Shown piece by piece: positions 63,039 through 64,000 of a stretch of 64,000 nt of DNA. The position numbers were made by a program, and so were the translations under genes. Each line of letters opens with the position of its first letter. Position 1 is the stretch's first letter. Source of the DNA: Felis catus. Its lineage: Eukaryota. The DNA lies in contig NC_058368.1 of the NCBI RefSeq assembly GCF_018350175.1, positions 80,540,001 through 80,604,000 on the forward strand, written 5' to 3'. Below the pieces are notes generated by a model that had not been told where the DNA came from, searched no databases, and was given only the letters and a program-made list of their open reading frames with translations.

Positions 63039-64000
63039 TATTTGTATGGGTCTCTTGCCAAAACAAAAAAACCCAACCAAACAAAAACAGTGATCAGTAA
63101 AAATGGTTTAGTATAAAAATGTCTTACTTTAGCATACTGTTTTGTTGCAGGAAGTGGAATGGAAAGACGCTGAAGGAGAACAGAATGTAAAATGTCTGAC
63201 TTTTAAACAAGGAATTTGTTCATTAATTTTTTAAGATGGAGAATGGCTATTTCTACTGTTTTTTGAGCTACTGGACATAATTTTAAAGCATATTTAACAG
63301 TTTCAAAATGTCCTCAAGACATCAGAAATTAAAGCTTTGCAACTACTTAAAATTATTAAGCATGCATATTTGGTGCATACTTTTTCAAAATTCTTTTATG
63401 GAGAGGAGCAAATGGACCAGGAAGCAGCTTTGGTTTATCTGTTCACAGAAAAAAAAAAAAAATCCGTTCAATTTGGAGGAAATATGTTGGCAATTTCTTC
63501 TAAGGATTTTTAAATTGTAGGAAAAAAAGGGTCTGATTTTTGCCCTCTTTGTACTTCTTAACACCCTTGTTTTTCGTTTTGATTTATAACTTTAAAAGAC
63601 CCAAGCTTGAAATGAAACCAGAGTATTCCTGTAAGGCCTGATGGAATGCTGTGATATCCCCATACAAGGACAAAAGTGCCCTGAATGTCCTTAGATGCTA
63701 GAGTTCTGGATGATGCTGTAGTGTAGCTCTCAAAACTTAGTCTTCTTATGTGTCAGAACGACAAAGGGCCCTTCTCATGTCTCCGGCTTCTCTCTTGATT
63801 GCTCTCGGTTTTCTTGACTTTTCTGGTCCGGGAGGCTGTCAGTAACTCCTCACAGGTGTGGCAGGTGGCCCTCAAAGTTCTCTCTTGGCAGCCTGCACCG
63901 GGCCCTCCTCGACGCTCTCCGCCCGTGGTAGAGGCCGCAGACAACTGCTTCCTAGCTGACTTGCTCACTGATATGTAACTGGCTATTCTGGTTAATCATT

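Overview
Mammalian genomic DNA, almost certainly a felid judging by the dense feline-type CAN-SINEs. The centre of the window is a CpG island holding the first coding exon of ARHGEF7 (beta-PIX, CH-domain isoform; ATG 35505, GT donor after 35669). Upstream (1-34.5 kb) I see no credible coding exon. It is repeat-rich: SINEs, L1, MaLR/ERV-L remnants, minisatellites and one strong CTCF site. Everything downstream of 35669 appears to be ARHGEF7 intron 1. The main result is a full-length Tigger/pogo DNA transposon nested antisense in that intron (about 60454-63038, TA-flanked). Its terminal inverted repeats are eroded, yet its 592-aa transposase ORF (62779-61001) is uninterrupted. The ORF keeps both HTH domains, an NLS-like motif and a canonical PCNA PIP box, while the third catalytic Asp is replaced by Ser. 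From memory, its ends match the abundant non-autonomous MER82 element, so it looks like a domesticated copy of the MER82 parent transposase that may bind dispersed MER82 ends. Repeat family names come from recall of consensus sequences, not database searches, and most repeat boundaries are approximate.
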